NCBI GenBank assembly: GCA_963666285.1
Contig: OY762711.1
DNA length: 64,000 nt
Source: Sedimentisphaerales bacterium
Lineage (GTDB): Bacteria; Planctomycetota; Phycisphaerae; Sedimentisphaerales; SM23-30
Strand: one strand, 5' to 3'
The translations under genes and the position numbers were made by a program. The notes beneath the pieces are model-generated. The model ran no database searches. It was not told the origin of the DNA and saw only the letters and a list, made by a program, of their open reading frames with translations. Numbering within the stretch: the first letter of the stretch is position 1; each line of letters opens with the position of its first letter. This document shows positions 21,586 to 31,661 of the stretch, one piece after another.

Positions 21586-22659
21586 ATGAATATAAAAAAT
21601 AAATTATTGCACCCGTCTCTCTATCTATTGTTTTACATTTGTATTTCTGCAATCACCGGATGTTCGATCGGGATAAACACCCCTGACGACCCTAATGCTT
21701 TCTATAAGAGTCAAAAGCTTTATGATTTCTCAAGCCAAAATCCCAGAATCAGTTTCACAAAAATATCAGAAACAGGTTTGACATTTACGATAAACAATGA
21801 CATTGAAATATTGTCGAAAGAAAACATTTCCACCTTGAGCTATAATAATCTCTACTATGACACACTTAATATGATTGCTGTAAACAATCAGGAATATAAT
21901 GATAATAAATATAAATTTCTAATTGATACAGGTTTTAACTACCTGGCAATGACAAATTCAATAACAGTCGAAGAAAACGGTCTCTCTATTTTACCTGCCG
22001 GACCAATAATGGGAAACGACATTTATGGAGGATATTGTTTTTTACCAGACTTTAATTTCGGGTTTACCAGTATTGACTGGATGCCATGCATTTTTATTCA
22101 ACAACACTGGGAATTTAACCTGTTGGGAATTCCAATATGGCAGCAGAAAGGATTCTTACTTGGCAACCAGTTTTTAAGCAAGTACAGCTACCTCTATTTT
22201 GATAATCCTGCCAGAAAACTGACATTTTCTGCAAACCAGGTTTTCACTCCATCATCAGAATTAAATTGGGTCAAATACCCTCTTTACCTGGCAAAAGACC
22301 GGCATCTATTTATTACAATTCCAATTGCATCAAAGAATTTGGATGTAATGTTTGACACATGCGGCAGCCACGGTATTGTTCTGGAGCATGATAAATGGCA
22401 GCAGATAAAGTCAAATATTGAAATAATAAATGAGAAAGACAGTACATTCATTTCTGGTTTTTACGGGAAATTATCCTGTAATAAAATCAAAGTCAAAGAA
22501 TTACAAATAGCAGATAAAGCTATCTCAAGGCCGGAAATTATCGTCCAGGGCAACAATGACCAGGAAACCCTGCAAAGCTACATTAGTATGAAGTATTTTC
22601 GCAACGACCATATAGTTCTAGACTACAAAAACCAACTCATATGGGTTGGGCATAAATAA
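21586..22659 (+). CDS. Lipoprotein with two retropepsin-like aspartic protease motifs
   Basis: Lipobox ITGC; FLIDTG ... LLG and VMFDTC motifs. Confidence 0.6.
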   Translation: MNIKNKLLHPSLYLLFYICISAITGCSIGINTPDDPNAFYKSQKLYDFSSQNPRISFTKISETGLTFTINNDIEILSKENISTLSYNNLYYDTLNMIAVNNQEYNDNKYKFLIDTGFNYLAMTNSITVEENGLSILPAGPIMGNDIYGGYCFLPDFNFGFTSIDWMPCIFIQQHWEFNLLGIPIWQQKGFLLGNQFLSKYSYLYFDNPARKLTFSANQVFTPSSELNWVKYPLYLAKDRHLFITIPIASKNLDVMFDTCGSHGIVLEHDKWQQIKSNIEIINEKDSTFISGFYGKLSCNKIKVKELQIADKAISRPEIIVQGNNDQETLQSYISMKYFRNDHIVLDYKNQLIWVGHK

Positions 22660-22707
22660 AAAAACCTTTAGCCGGGAGCAGCCGGATGGCCGCTCCCAGG
22701 ATAAAGG
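22658..22707 (-). terminator. Intrinsic terminator after nifK
   Basis: Minus strand CCTTTATCCTGGGAGCGGCC-ATCC-GGCTGCTCCCGGCTAAAGG followed by T7. Confidence 0.8.
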
Positions 22708-22761
22708 ACGGGGGGTATTCAAAATTATATCAGTACTTTGTCCCAGTACTTAGGAATTGGA

Positions 22762-24144
22762 TTATAACACCAATTCGAATTCAGTTTCATCTGAATCACG
22801 ATCTTTACGATCAAGAATCAGATTTAACATCTTCTCCAATAATCTCATCGCACCATCATAGCCCACAGTTGGGAAGTGAGAGTGACCAACACGGTCAAAA
22901 ATCGGGAAGCCATGACGCAGTAAAGGAATATCTTCATCACGAGAGATATACTTACCATATGTATTACCTATTAACAGGTCAACCGGCTCATTTTTTATCC
23001 ACTGGTGCATCAGGTACATATCAGCACAGGCACCCTGCTTGTATTTGGCTTCTGGAACCTGACCTTGCAGAGAAGCTTCCATACGCTTCAGGAACTGCTT
23101 GCCAGGAGTTCCGGTTACCATATAAACAGGTTTCATATCAAGGTCAACTAAAAACTCTGCCAGTGATACCAGCTGATCAGGATCGCCCCAGAGAGCAACC
23201 TTCTTACCATAGAAATACTGATGCGAATCAGTAATCATATCAACCAGTTTGGCACGCTGCGTAGTAATTTCTTCAGGCACTTCAACCTTGGCAACTTTAC
23301 GCAGGGTATCGATAAACCTGTCAGTAGCCTTCAAACCAATTGGCAACTCAAGTGACCAGAAAGGTACTTTTGCCTTTGTTTCCAAATCCTTAGCCGCAGG
23401 CATTGAAGCAGTTGGACCAAGAGCAATAGTAGCCTGACTGCGACCCATATATTTCAGATCGCTCACCTTGGTTCCGCCTTTGGGATACATTTCCATCTTG
23501 CCGGTCTGGCCACCATTTAGAACACCATCAGTATCAGGGAACATCAGGGTTTCCACTCCCATAGCCTTGCAGATCTTTTTGATCTCGGCCATATCACTTG
23601 GCTCAACCCAGCCCGGAAGAATATTTACCGTGCGAAGCTTATTTTCACTTGGCTCGGCAAAAGCCCGCACGATACCTTTACACATATTGGCAAAGCCGGT
23701 TACATGCGAACCCACATAACTTGGTGTCTGACAGTAGATAACCTCTTTACCTTCAGGAATAAAACCTTTTTCACGAGCCTTGTCAATAATCTGAGGCATA
23801 TCGTCACCAATTGTCTCAGAAAGACATGTGGTATGAATCGCAATCACCTCTGGATCATATATGGTAAATATATTATTGATAGCCTGCAACAGATTAGCCT
23901 GACCGCCAAAAACTGAAGCACCTTCAGTAAATGAGCTCGTACCGGCCATAACAGGCTCTTTATAGTGACGTGTCAGGGCACTTCTATGATATGCACAGCA
24001 ACCCTGTGAACCGTGACTGTGAGGAAGACAACCGTGTATTCCCAAAGCCGCATACATAGCACCAATCGGCTGACATGTCTTGGCCGGGTTAATAGTAACC
24101 GCTGTCCTTTCTTTCACCTCACTTGTAGTATGTCTAAGTAACAT
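22762..24144 (-). CDS. nifK: Nitrogenase MoFe protein beta chain
   Basis: INPAKTCQPIGA, HGSQGCC, TTCLSETIGDD (P-cluster Cys), TPSYVGSH, GFPIFDR. Confidence 0.97.
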   Translation of the reverse strand: MLLRHTTSEVKERTAVTINPAKTCQPIGAMYAALGIHGCLPHSHGSQGCCAYHRSALTRHYKEPVMAGTSSFTEGASVFGGQANLLQAINNIFTIYDPEVIAIHTTCLSETIGDDMPQIIDKAREKGFIPEGKEVIYCQTPSYVGSHVTGFANMCKGIVRAFAEPSENKLRTVNILPGWVEPSDMAEIKKICKAMGVETLMFPDTDGVLNGGQTGKMEMYPKGGTKVSDLKYMGRSQATIALGPTASMPAAKDLETKAKVPFWSLELPIGLKATDRFIDTLRKVAKVEVPEEITTQRAKLVDMITDSHQYFYGKKVALWGDPDQLVSLAEFLVDLDMKPVYMVTGTPGKQFLKRMEASLQGQVPEAKYKQGACADMYLMHQWIKNEPVDLLIGNTYGKYISRDEDIPLLRHGFPIFDRVGHSHFPTVGYDGAMRLLEKMLNLILDRKDRDSDETEFELVL

Positions 24145-24242
24145 TTTATTCTCCTGTATTTATTCAAGCCGCATCGGCATGAAAGTACCTGGTACAACAT
24201 AAAACCCGGTACCAATATTATCTATTATCTATCTTCTATATC

Positions 24243-25868
24243 TTAGCCTATCAGTTTCGCATCCAGCATGGGTTCTGATTTTACCTGCCACGGTGCGGTA
24301 GTATATTCCCAGATCTTGGCATTGACCATTCTGTCAACTGTTCTGTAGAAATTGATTGCACCTTTGAAGCTCGCAAATGGTCCGCCGTAGTCATAACTAT
24401 GAAGCTGTAAGCAAGGTGTTCCGGTCTTCTGGATAACATACTTTTCCTTGATACCGGCACAGAAAATATCAGGCTTATACATCTCGATCAGTTTTTCTGA
24501 CTCGTAGTGACTGATATCGTCAATGATAAGAGTATCATTTTCCATCTCAGGCATCATACCTTCATAATCGTTAAACTCGAATCCTTTCTTCTGAAAAGCT
24601 TCCATTTCCTTTTCACTTTTTCTTGGATTGTATAGCTCTGGATCCGGCCCAACTTCCAGCTCTTCGATGTTACGACTGTCTGCATCAACCTTGATGTCAG
24701 GCAGAACCTTTCTGCCTTCGTAGTCATCACGATGAGCAAACTCATAACCGGCTGCAAGTGTCTTCATACCGATCTCGGCAAATAGTTCCTGGTAGTGATG
24801 AGCACGGCTTCCGCCAACAAACAGCACAGCGGTTTTACCTTCACAACGTGCCTTAACCTCTTCCTGAACCTTTTTAACCTCAGCCATTTCTGCTTCTATT
24901 ACTTCTTTGGTCTTGGCAATCAAATCCTTATCTTCAAAGAATTCTGCTATCTTGAGCAAACTTTTAGCCGTTGCTCCTGCACCAATAAAGTTCACCTTAA
25001 ACCATGGAATACCGTATTTTTTCTCCATCATATCAGCTACATAGTTGATCGAACGATGGCACATTACCGTATTCAAATCTGCAGTATGAGCATTTTCAAA
25101 TCCTGCGATAGAAGAATTACCACTGAATGTAGAATGCATTCTCAGTCCGCACTTTTCAAACAGGTCATCGATCAGGAATGCATCACCACCGATATTGTAT
25201 TCACCCAGCAGATTAACCTTAAACGGATGCTCATTTACGGTATCATCACGTCCGATTACATGCTTAAACAACTGGTTGTTTGCAATGTGGTGACCGGCTG
25301 ACTGGCTCACACCTTTATAACCTTCACAACTAAAACCGAAGATATTAATACCAAGCTCTTCACGCATCTCTTTGGCAACGGCATGGACATCGTCACCAAT
25401 CAAACCAACCGGACAGGTTGAGAAAATACCAATCGCCTTTGGTTTGACCAGTTCGTATATCTCTTTTATCGCAGTTTTCAGTTTTTTCTCACCACCAAAG
25501 ATAACTTCCTCATCCTGCATATCTGTTGAGAAACAATAGTTCATAAAGTTCTCGCCGTCTTTGCCCGGATCTGTCTGATTACGCCTGGTAAGCCAGGAGT
25601 AAAAACCGCAACCAATCGGACCATGTGTCAGGTTCACGATATCTCTGGTCGGACCCAGTACCACACCTTTACATCCGGCATAAGTACAGCCACGCTGTGT
25701 TATGATACCGGGAGTTGTTCGAACGTTAGCGTTTATCGCCGGTACCTGATCTTTTTCCTGAACCTTGTTTACCACGATCTGGCTGGCACGCTTGCGGGCA
25801 ACCTTCGCCGGGTAAATTTTGGTCATTTCATCTTTTGCCTCTATAGGATCTATTCTGTTCTCAGGCAT
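24243..25868 (-). CDS. nifD: Nitrogenase MoFe protein alpha chain, Group II type with long internal insertion
   Basis: RGCTYAGCKG, HGPIGC, STCPVGLIGDD, QSAGHHIA, MCHRS and LHSYDY cofactor ligands; insertion after YEFAHRDDY. Confidence 0.97.
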   Translation of the reverse strand: MPENRIDPIEAKDEMTKIYPAKVARKRASQIVVNKVQEKDQVPAINANVRTTPGIITQRGCTYAGCKGVVLGPTRDIVNLTHGPIGCGFYSWLTRRNQTDPGKDGENFMNYCFSTDMQDEEVIFGGEKKLKTAIKEIYELVKPKAIGIFSTCPVGLIGDDVHAVAKEMREELGINIFGFSCEGYKGVSQSAGHHIANNQLFKHVIGRDDTVNEHPFKVNLLGEYNIGGDAFLIDDLFEKCGLRMHSTFSGNSSIAGFENAHTADLNTVMCHRSINYVADMMEKKYGIPWFKVNFIGAGATAKSLLKIAEFFEDKDLIAKTKEVIEAEMAEVKKVQEEVKARCEGKTAVLFVGGSRAHHYQELFAEIGMKTLAAGYEFAHRDDYEGRKVLPDIKVDADSRNIEELEVGPDPELYNPRKSEKEMEAFQKKGFEFNDYEGMMPEMENDTLIIDDISHYESEKLIEMYKPDIFCAGIKEKYVIQKTGTPCLQLHSYDYGGPFASFKGAINFYRTVDRMVNAKIWEYTTAPWQVKSEPMLDAKLIG

Positions 25869-25979
25869 ATTACACCTCTTATATACATTGTTTTAATTCT
25901 CTTGCTACTTTGTATACTGCTGAAATATGCCGTACTCTTTTAACATATTTTTTAACAGCAGCAGACACTACACTACCAA

Positions 25980-26372
25980 TTATTCACTATCGGCATAATC
26001 ACCAAGAGCTTCTTCACCTGTTTCACCTGTCCTGACACGGATTGTTTCTGATATTGGCAGAACAAAGATTTTTCCATCACCAGGTGAACCGGTTTGGTTT
26101 ACAGAGATCAATGTTTCTACTATTTCATCTACTTTCTCATCTCTTGTCACTATCTGGACCATTCGCTTAGGTATCAATTTTGGCCCTGGACTTAACTGAT
26201 TTATAGCTTCTTCGTAACCTTCCTCAGCACCTTTAAGCAACAGGTAATCTACTTTGCCTTTGCCGCGGCCTATTACCTTTCGAGCCGTCATAGATGCAAC
26301 ACCAAGCTCGCTTAAAGCCTTTTTTGTTGCATTCATTTTATTCATTCGAATTACTGCTAATATTTCTTTCAT
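25980..26372 (-). CDS. nifI2: P-II family nitrogenase regulator NifI2
   Basis: MKEILAVIRMNK, GRGKG, GDGKIFVLP, RVRTGE; between nifH and nifD. Confidence 0.9.
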   Translation of the reverse strand: MKEILAVIRMNKMNATKKALSELGVASMTARKVIGRGKGKVDYLLLKGAEEGYEEAINQLSPGPKLIPKRMVQIVTRDEKVDEIVETLISVNQTGSPGDGKIFVLPISETIRVRTGETGEEALGDYADSE

Positions 26373-26455
26373 CGCAGATTCTCCTTGTGTTACTGCGTTG
26401 TTTTTTAGTTTAGCTGTGAACAACTAACTAGCTGCCACTTTTTGTCTGTTTTTTT

Positions 26456-26782
26456 TTACAGACCCTTAACACCGGAACTTACTGTATAAGCTGCATCTAC
26501 AGGAGAGATAAATATTTTACCATCTCCAAATGCACCTTTTGATCCGGAACGAGCGGCTTTCATAATAGTATCAACAACAAGGTCTTTATCTGAATCTTCG
26601 ACTACAGTAAAGATCATTTCTTTTGGCAGTTCATCGTATGTAATTTCACCGATTTTCATACCACGCTGCTTACCTCTTCCGAACACATCCATTTTTGTTA
26701 CAGATGGAAATCCGGCATACATCAAAGCTGCTAGTACTTCATCAGTTTTTTCCGGGCGAATAATAGCTCTTACCATTAACAT
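26456..26782 (-). CDS. nifI1: P-II family nitrogenase regulator NifI1
   Basis: MLMVRAIIRPEK, GRGKQRG, YDELPK, GAFGDGKIF. Confidence 0.9.
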   Translation of the reverse strand: MLMVRAIIRPEKTDEVLAALMYAGFPSVTKMDVFGRGKQRGMKIGEITYDELPKEMIFTVVEDSDKDLVVDTIMKAARSGSKGAFGDGKIFISPVDAAYTVSSGVKGL

Positions 26783-26886
26783 TATATTGATTTCCTTTCC
26801 TAAGGATATTTGCATCCATTTTGGTATACTTATTTAATTTATATTATACTATTTCAAGTAATATTTGGTTTAAGGTCTTCTGCCGG

Positions 26887-26955
26887 CAATAAGCAGCAAC
26901 ATGAAAAACAATCAAAATCAAATTCATCACCATATATTTATGTCGCCGCTCATTG
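26887..26955 (-). other. Intercistronic RNA stem between nifH and nifI1
   Basis: mRNA CAAUGAGCGGCGACAU pairs with AUGUUGCUGCUUAUUG; the non-Watson-Crick positions are G-U only on the coding strand. Confidence 0.65.
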
Positions 26956-26977
26956 ACTTGTAATATTTGGCTTACAT

Positions 26978-27826
<849 letters not shown>

Positions 27827-27945
27827 TCACTAAAGGTTGTTAACTTCGTTGCTTCTACTTTCTGACTAATACAACTTTCTAAACTCTCTAAGCTATCGGC
27901 CCCCGTTTAGGCGGAAGTTTCAGCTTTAATTACGGAAGAGATAAA

Positions 27946-27961
27946 TACAAGCGGCGTGCCA
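27946..27961 (-). promoter_or_regulatory. sigma54 -24/-12 promoter of nifH operon
   Basis: Minus strand TGGCAC-GCCGC-TTGTA. Confidence 0.8.
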
Positions 27962-28237
27962 GAAAAATTTATGTGCCGGAAAATATTTTTCATACAAAAC
28001 CCCACATATGCATTCGACCGCTAAAAAAATGTTAAGCAGGGTAATTTACAGTCGGGAATATTAAAGCCGGCAAGAGCTAAAACGCGATTATTATTAAAAT
28101 AATAAGGTAAATAAGAAAATAGATTTTTCTATATAAAATTCAAGCCAACCACCAAATTTAAATGCTATAATTATTCGGATAGCCAGGAAAACTCTCTTCC
28201 GGGCATATACAAACTCTAAAGTGCGCGCATGCTGTTT

Positions 28238-28386
28238 AGGAAATTTATTTCACATAATTCCTAATCCACTACATAAGCATTGCCAACCTACAATCTATAA
28301 AACCATAATTACTAGTTAAACAGTGTGTGAAAAAATTTTCACATCACCCAATGGTATTTCCCGGGATTATTACCAAAAGTTTCACA
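28238..28386. promoter_or_regulatory. Triplet of candidate activator binding sites upstream of nifH
   Basis: AGGAAATTTATTTCAC (28238), GTGAAAAAATTTTCAC (28327), TTACCAAAAGTTTCAC (28370). Confidence 0.6.
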
Positions 28387-28416
28387 TATTCAAATACGCC
28401 AGTATGGAATTTTCTT

Positions 28417-28582
28417 ACTTTTGCTGATAGCGGATTGGGATTTTGAGGATGTATGGAGAATTGGCGAAGGTCAGACTTACCCGTATTTGAGGAAGTATAT
28501 TGCAGCGGATATAAATGAAGATAAGGCTGTAGATTTACTGGACTTACAGAAGGTAGCGGCGAACTGGCTGAATAGCTACTAA
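28417..28582 (+). pseudogene. 3' remnant of a secreted protein with dockerin-like C-terminus (GLUG-family-like)
   Basis: TFADSG/(frameshift)WDFEDVWRIGEGQTYPYLRKYIAADINEDKAVDLLDLQKVAANWLNSY*; no obvious start or RBS; followed by a terminator. Confidence 0.7.
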
Positions 28583-28621
28583 CGATTTTAGCAAGTATCC
28601 ATAAAAATCTTCTATTGATAT

Positions 28622-28660
28622 ACCCTGGTTTAGAGATGATCTATGCCGGGGTTTTTTATT
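28622..28660 (+). terminator. Intrinsic terminator after the gene remnant
   Basis: ACCCTGGTTTAGA...TCTATGCCGGGGT followed by TTTTTATT. Confidence 0.65.
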
Positions 28661-28701
28661 GTTCCGGCTAGTCAGCCTGCCATTAAAGAGCTTTATAATA
28701 A

Positions 28702-29274
28702 TCAGTTATCATCAGATTTATCAGTTTCATAAGATTCATCTGAAAGCCTGAGATTGATACTCTTGAGTATGGCCTGTTCTAAGTCGTTGTCGCGTCCGGC
28801 GTTATCCCAGTCCATAGAACCCTTGGTGTTTTTTCTCCTGAGCAGACGAGAGTTGGCAACGAAGACATCGTCGGTTTTGGTACTATCTGATTTGCTATCG
28901 GGAGTGATATAGAGCTTATCGATGTCGGCGATACATTCGAGTTCGACCGGGTTTCTGTGCCAGTTAAAGCTTAGTTTGACGGTTCGCCTGGTGGTCTGTA
29001 GGCTGCTTTTGGCGACTGCCGAGGTGGTAACGACGTCATCTTTCCATAGCTCAAACCACTGCTTACTGACCAGCGGCATGGTTTCGATGATGCCTGCTGT
29101 GCGATTCTGGAAATCGATGGTAAAGCCGCGGGCGATAAGCTCTGCTTTTGCTTCCTGCCAGAGCAGGTCAGGCCGGGCAGTTGAGGTCATGGGGTTATTT
29201 ACAGAGTTCGGTTTTTGGCAGCCTACTGTAAATATAGTAATTAACAGGATTAATAATTTATATGTATTTTTCAT
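28702..29274 (-). CDS. Hypothetical lipoprotein
   Basis: Signal peptide MKNTYKLLILLITIFTVGC with lipobox; open 190-aa frame. Confidence 0.75.
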   Translation of the reverse strand: MKNTYKLLILLITIFTVGCQKPNSVNNPMTSTARPDLLWQEAKAELIARGFTIDFQNRTAGIIETMPLVSKQWFELWKDDVVTTSAVAKSSLQTTRRTVKLSFNWHRNPVELECIADIDKLYITPDSKSDSTKTDDVFVANSRLLRRKNTKGSMDWDNAGRDNDLEQAILKSINLRLSDESYETDKSDDN

Positions 29275-29726
29275 AATAAAGTCAAAAACAGGGTTCTTCA
29301 CGGCGGCCAACGGACGCAATCTTCGCCAGCGCGGCGGCTAACGGATGGTATGCGAACGACAACGGCGGGCCACGGCGGGCAAGCGGCGAGCCGCTATTTT
29401 TACGTTTTTTTGCTACTTTTGGCCCTGGTGGGCCCTTTTATCGAGGCGAATAATTGCCAGGATCAGTCGCGTTTACATTTACTATTTTAACTGAAAGAGT
29501 TGGAAGAGAGAAGCATTTTAAATTATGAAGGATGAAGGATGAAAAAAGATAATCAGGACTTAACAACAGGTGTGCCGAAGTTTCCCGATGAACCAATGGC
29601 CTACAGTTGAGATATGATAGTATGAAAGCTTCCCACGTAGTAATACAATTCTCACTAACAAAAAAAGTATAAAAGAATTTCTCAATAGTGAGATAACTAT
29701 TTATAGATTGTATTATATGAGTGCGG

Positions 29727-29894
29727 TTTCGCACTTTTGACTGTTCAACATTACACGCAAAGGCCAGAACAGGGCCTTGTGAATGAAAACTCTCTATTTA
29801 AATGTATTTCCGAGCTAATTCTCGAAAGTACATTTAATTCAAAACGTTGCAGGAAGGCCCTTTTAGGCGATTTTTGCAACTTAAAACTGCGAAA
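29727..29894. repeat. MITE-like dispersed repeat; related copies at 29994-30146, 42671-42772, 58099-58173
   Basis: Terminal inverted repeats TTTCGCACTTTT / AAAACTGCGAAA; shared core CGTTGCAGGAAGGCCCTTTTAGGCGATTT..TTGCAAC. Confidence 0.7.
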
Positions 29895-30456
29895 GTAAAC
29901 TATGAAAAACCAAATTCTATTTTGACTTTTTATTATCCTCTTGCATATAGTAGATAGATGTTTCTTTATTAATATTTAATTGAATATAGTACGTTTCGTA
30001 CTTTTGGCTGTTCAACATTATCCACCAAGTCAGACACAGAGCCAATTAAGTTAAAAATTAAGGTTTTTGACTATATTCTCACGTTTAAAATCATAAGTGC
30101 AACGTGAGAGCTTTTTAGGTAAATATTCAGCTTTAGGTGTGCGAATTAAACAATAAAAGTTATCAAATCTACTCAGGATATGATAGATAAAACTTTTCAA
30201 TTATTTATTGATATTTTGCATAGCTACAGCGTGGCATAATGGAATCTGTAACACCACTACAGATACAACACCAAATAAGGAAATAGAAAACAACTCTCAA
30301 CTCAATAACACACGCAAAACCTGTCAATTAGTGATTGTATCTAATAAGAACAATGAGTAACAAGATATAAGTAGTATTATAAGGTATCGGCTGATGCCAA
30401 GATTTCTTTTAATTGCCAACTAGTGACAAATAAAGTTTAAGAAAGAAGCATTAAGG

Positions 30457-31638
30457 ATGAAAAATTATTTGATTAGAACATACAGTCTCATATGTATATT
30501 TGCTCTTGTTGTTATTATTACTGGTTGCGGCATACCACTAAAAGTACCAGAGAAAACCTTATTCTGCTGGAACAGTGACAACTTGATATCTCCTAACGAA
30601 AGAATAGTTGAATTTGAAGGTTCTGTTGTAACATTATCAGAAAAGTTTATACAGTGGATTCTTCAAAATGAAGGGCAAGTAATCGCACACAATAAAGACT
30701 TTCACAAAAAGATTACATTTTCTCCTAATTGCGAACAAAATTTCCAACTTGCCAAAAAAATATATGACACTGAAAAAGATTCCTGCCTTAAGCTAAGACC
30801 AAGTTTACAGATAACAGATGAGGAATTTGCCAGGCTTAAGGAACTAATGAGCAAACAAATCTTATTAGAAGAGTCAAATGAACCATCACATAAAATAATA
30901 GCTAACATGAATAAGCGAAAACACACACGCTCTTACAAAGTACAAACTGGAACAAAAAAGGAAATGGTTGGTTATAAAGATCCTTATTATAATCACGGTG
31001 GTGGAATCCAAGGATTGGGAGTAATGAGTTTTACTTATCTGTTGGGCTGTTCTGATGTAACAAGACCATTAGTTGATTCATTGTCACAAGAAGTCGAAAA
31101 ACCTGTATATGAAACCCGAACAGAAATAACTCCTTTTAGCAGTGAAATAGAAATATACATTTACCAGAACGACGGAAAGACTTATGTTTATGCTACTGCA
31201 AAGCCACAATGTAAAGATACGGCAGCTGATTATGGCAAAACAATAGATTTCAGGTATTTACAAAATTCTCTAGCTGATTATGAATGCGCCTTAGTAAGGG
31301 CTATACTAATATGCGGAAAGGTAGATGTCAATAAAGTATATTCAGATGGTACCACTGCATTATGGAAGGCATCCCAAATTGGCAATAGTCAAATTGTCGA
31401 GTATTTACTTAATAAAAAGGCTAATGTGAATTTTGCTCTTCCTGCCGGAGAAACTCCTTTGTGGATAGCATCAAAAAACGGGCATTTCGATGTTGTAAAA
31501 TTACTACTGGAAGCCGGAGCTGATGTAAATGCAAAAGCATGTACAACTAAAAAATGTTATACTCCTTTAGAAGCAGCAAGAAAGATGAAAAACGATCAAG
31601 TTATCAGCCTCTTAACAGAATATGGAGCTACCGAATAA
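30457..31638 (+). CDS. Lipoprotein with C-terminal ankyrin repeats
   Basis: Lipobox ITGC; GTTALWKAS, GETPLWIASKNGHFDVVKLLLEAGADVN, YTPLEAA. Confidence 0.88.
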   Translation: MKNYLIRTYSLICIFALVVIITGCGIPLKVPEKTLFCWNSDNLISPNERIVEFEGSVVTLSEKFIQWILQNEGQVIAHNKDFHKKITFSPNCEQNFQLAKKIYDTEKDSCLKLRPSLQITDEEFARLKELMSKQILLEESNEPSHKIIANMNKRKHTRSYKVQTGTKKEMVGYKDPYYNHGGGIQGLGVMSFTYLLGCSDVTRPLVDSLSQEVEKPVYETRTEITPFSSEIEIYIYQNDGKTYVYATAKPQCKDTAADYGKTIDFRYLQNSLADYECALVRAILICGKVDVNKVYSDGTTALWKASQIGNSQIVEYLLNKKANVNFALPAGETPLWIASKNGHFDVVKLLLEAGADVNAKACTTKKCYTPLEAARKMKNDQVISLLTEYGATE

Positions 31639-31661
31639 TTCATCTCTGGCAGAACAACAAT

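Noticed and set aside
22762..25868. Alternative V- or Fe-only nitrogenase
   Set aside because: No vnfG/anfG between D and K; NifD has MCHRS and HSYDY plus the Group II insertion; nifEN present.
28326..28343. CRP or Rex binding site
   Set aside because: Spacing is TGTGA-N8-TCACA, whereas CRP and Rex sites have N6 between these half-sites.
29301..29394. Mini CRISPR array
   Set aside because: 13-bp repeats and 18-bp spacers are too short and degenerate; no cas genes in the window.
29700..30150. oriC or integron attC sites
   Set aside because: Only one imperfect DnaA-box-like 9-mer (TTATCCACC); no RYYYAAC/GTTRRRY attC ends and no integrase.
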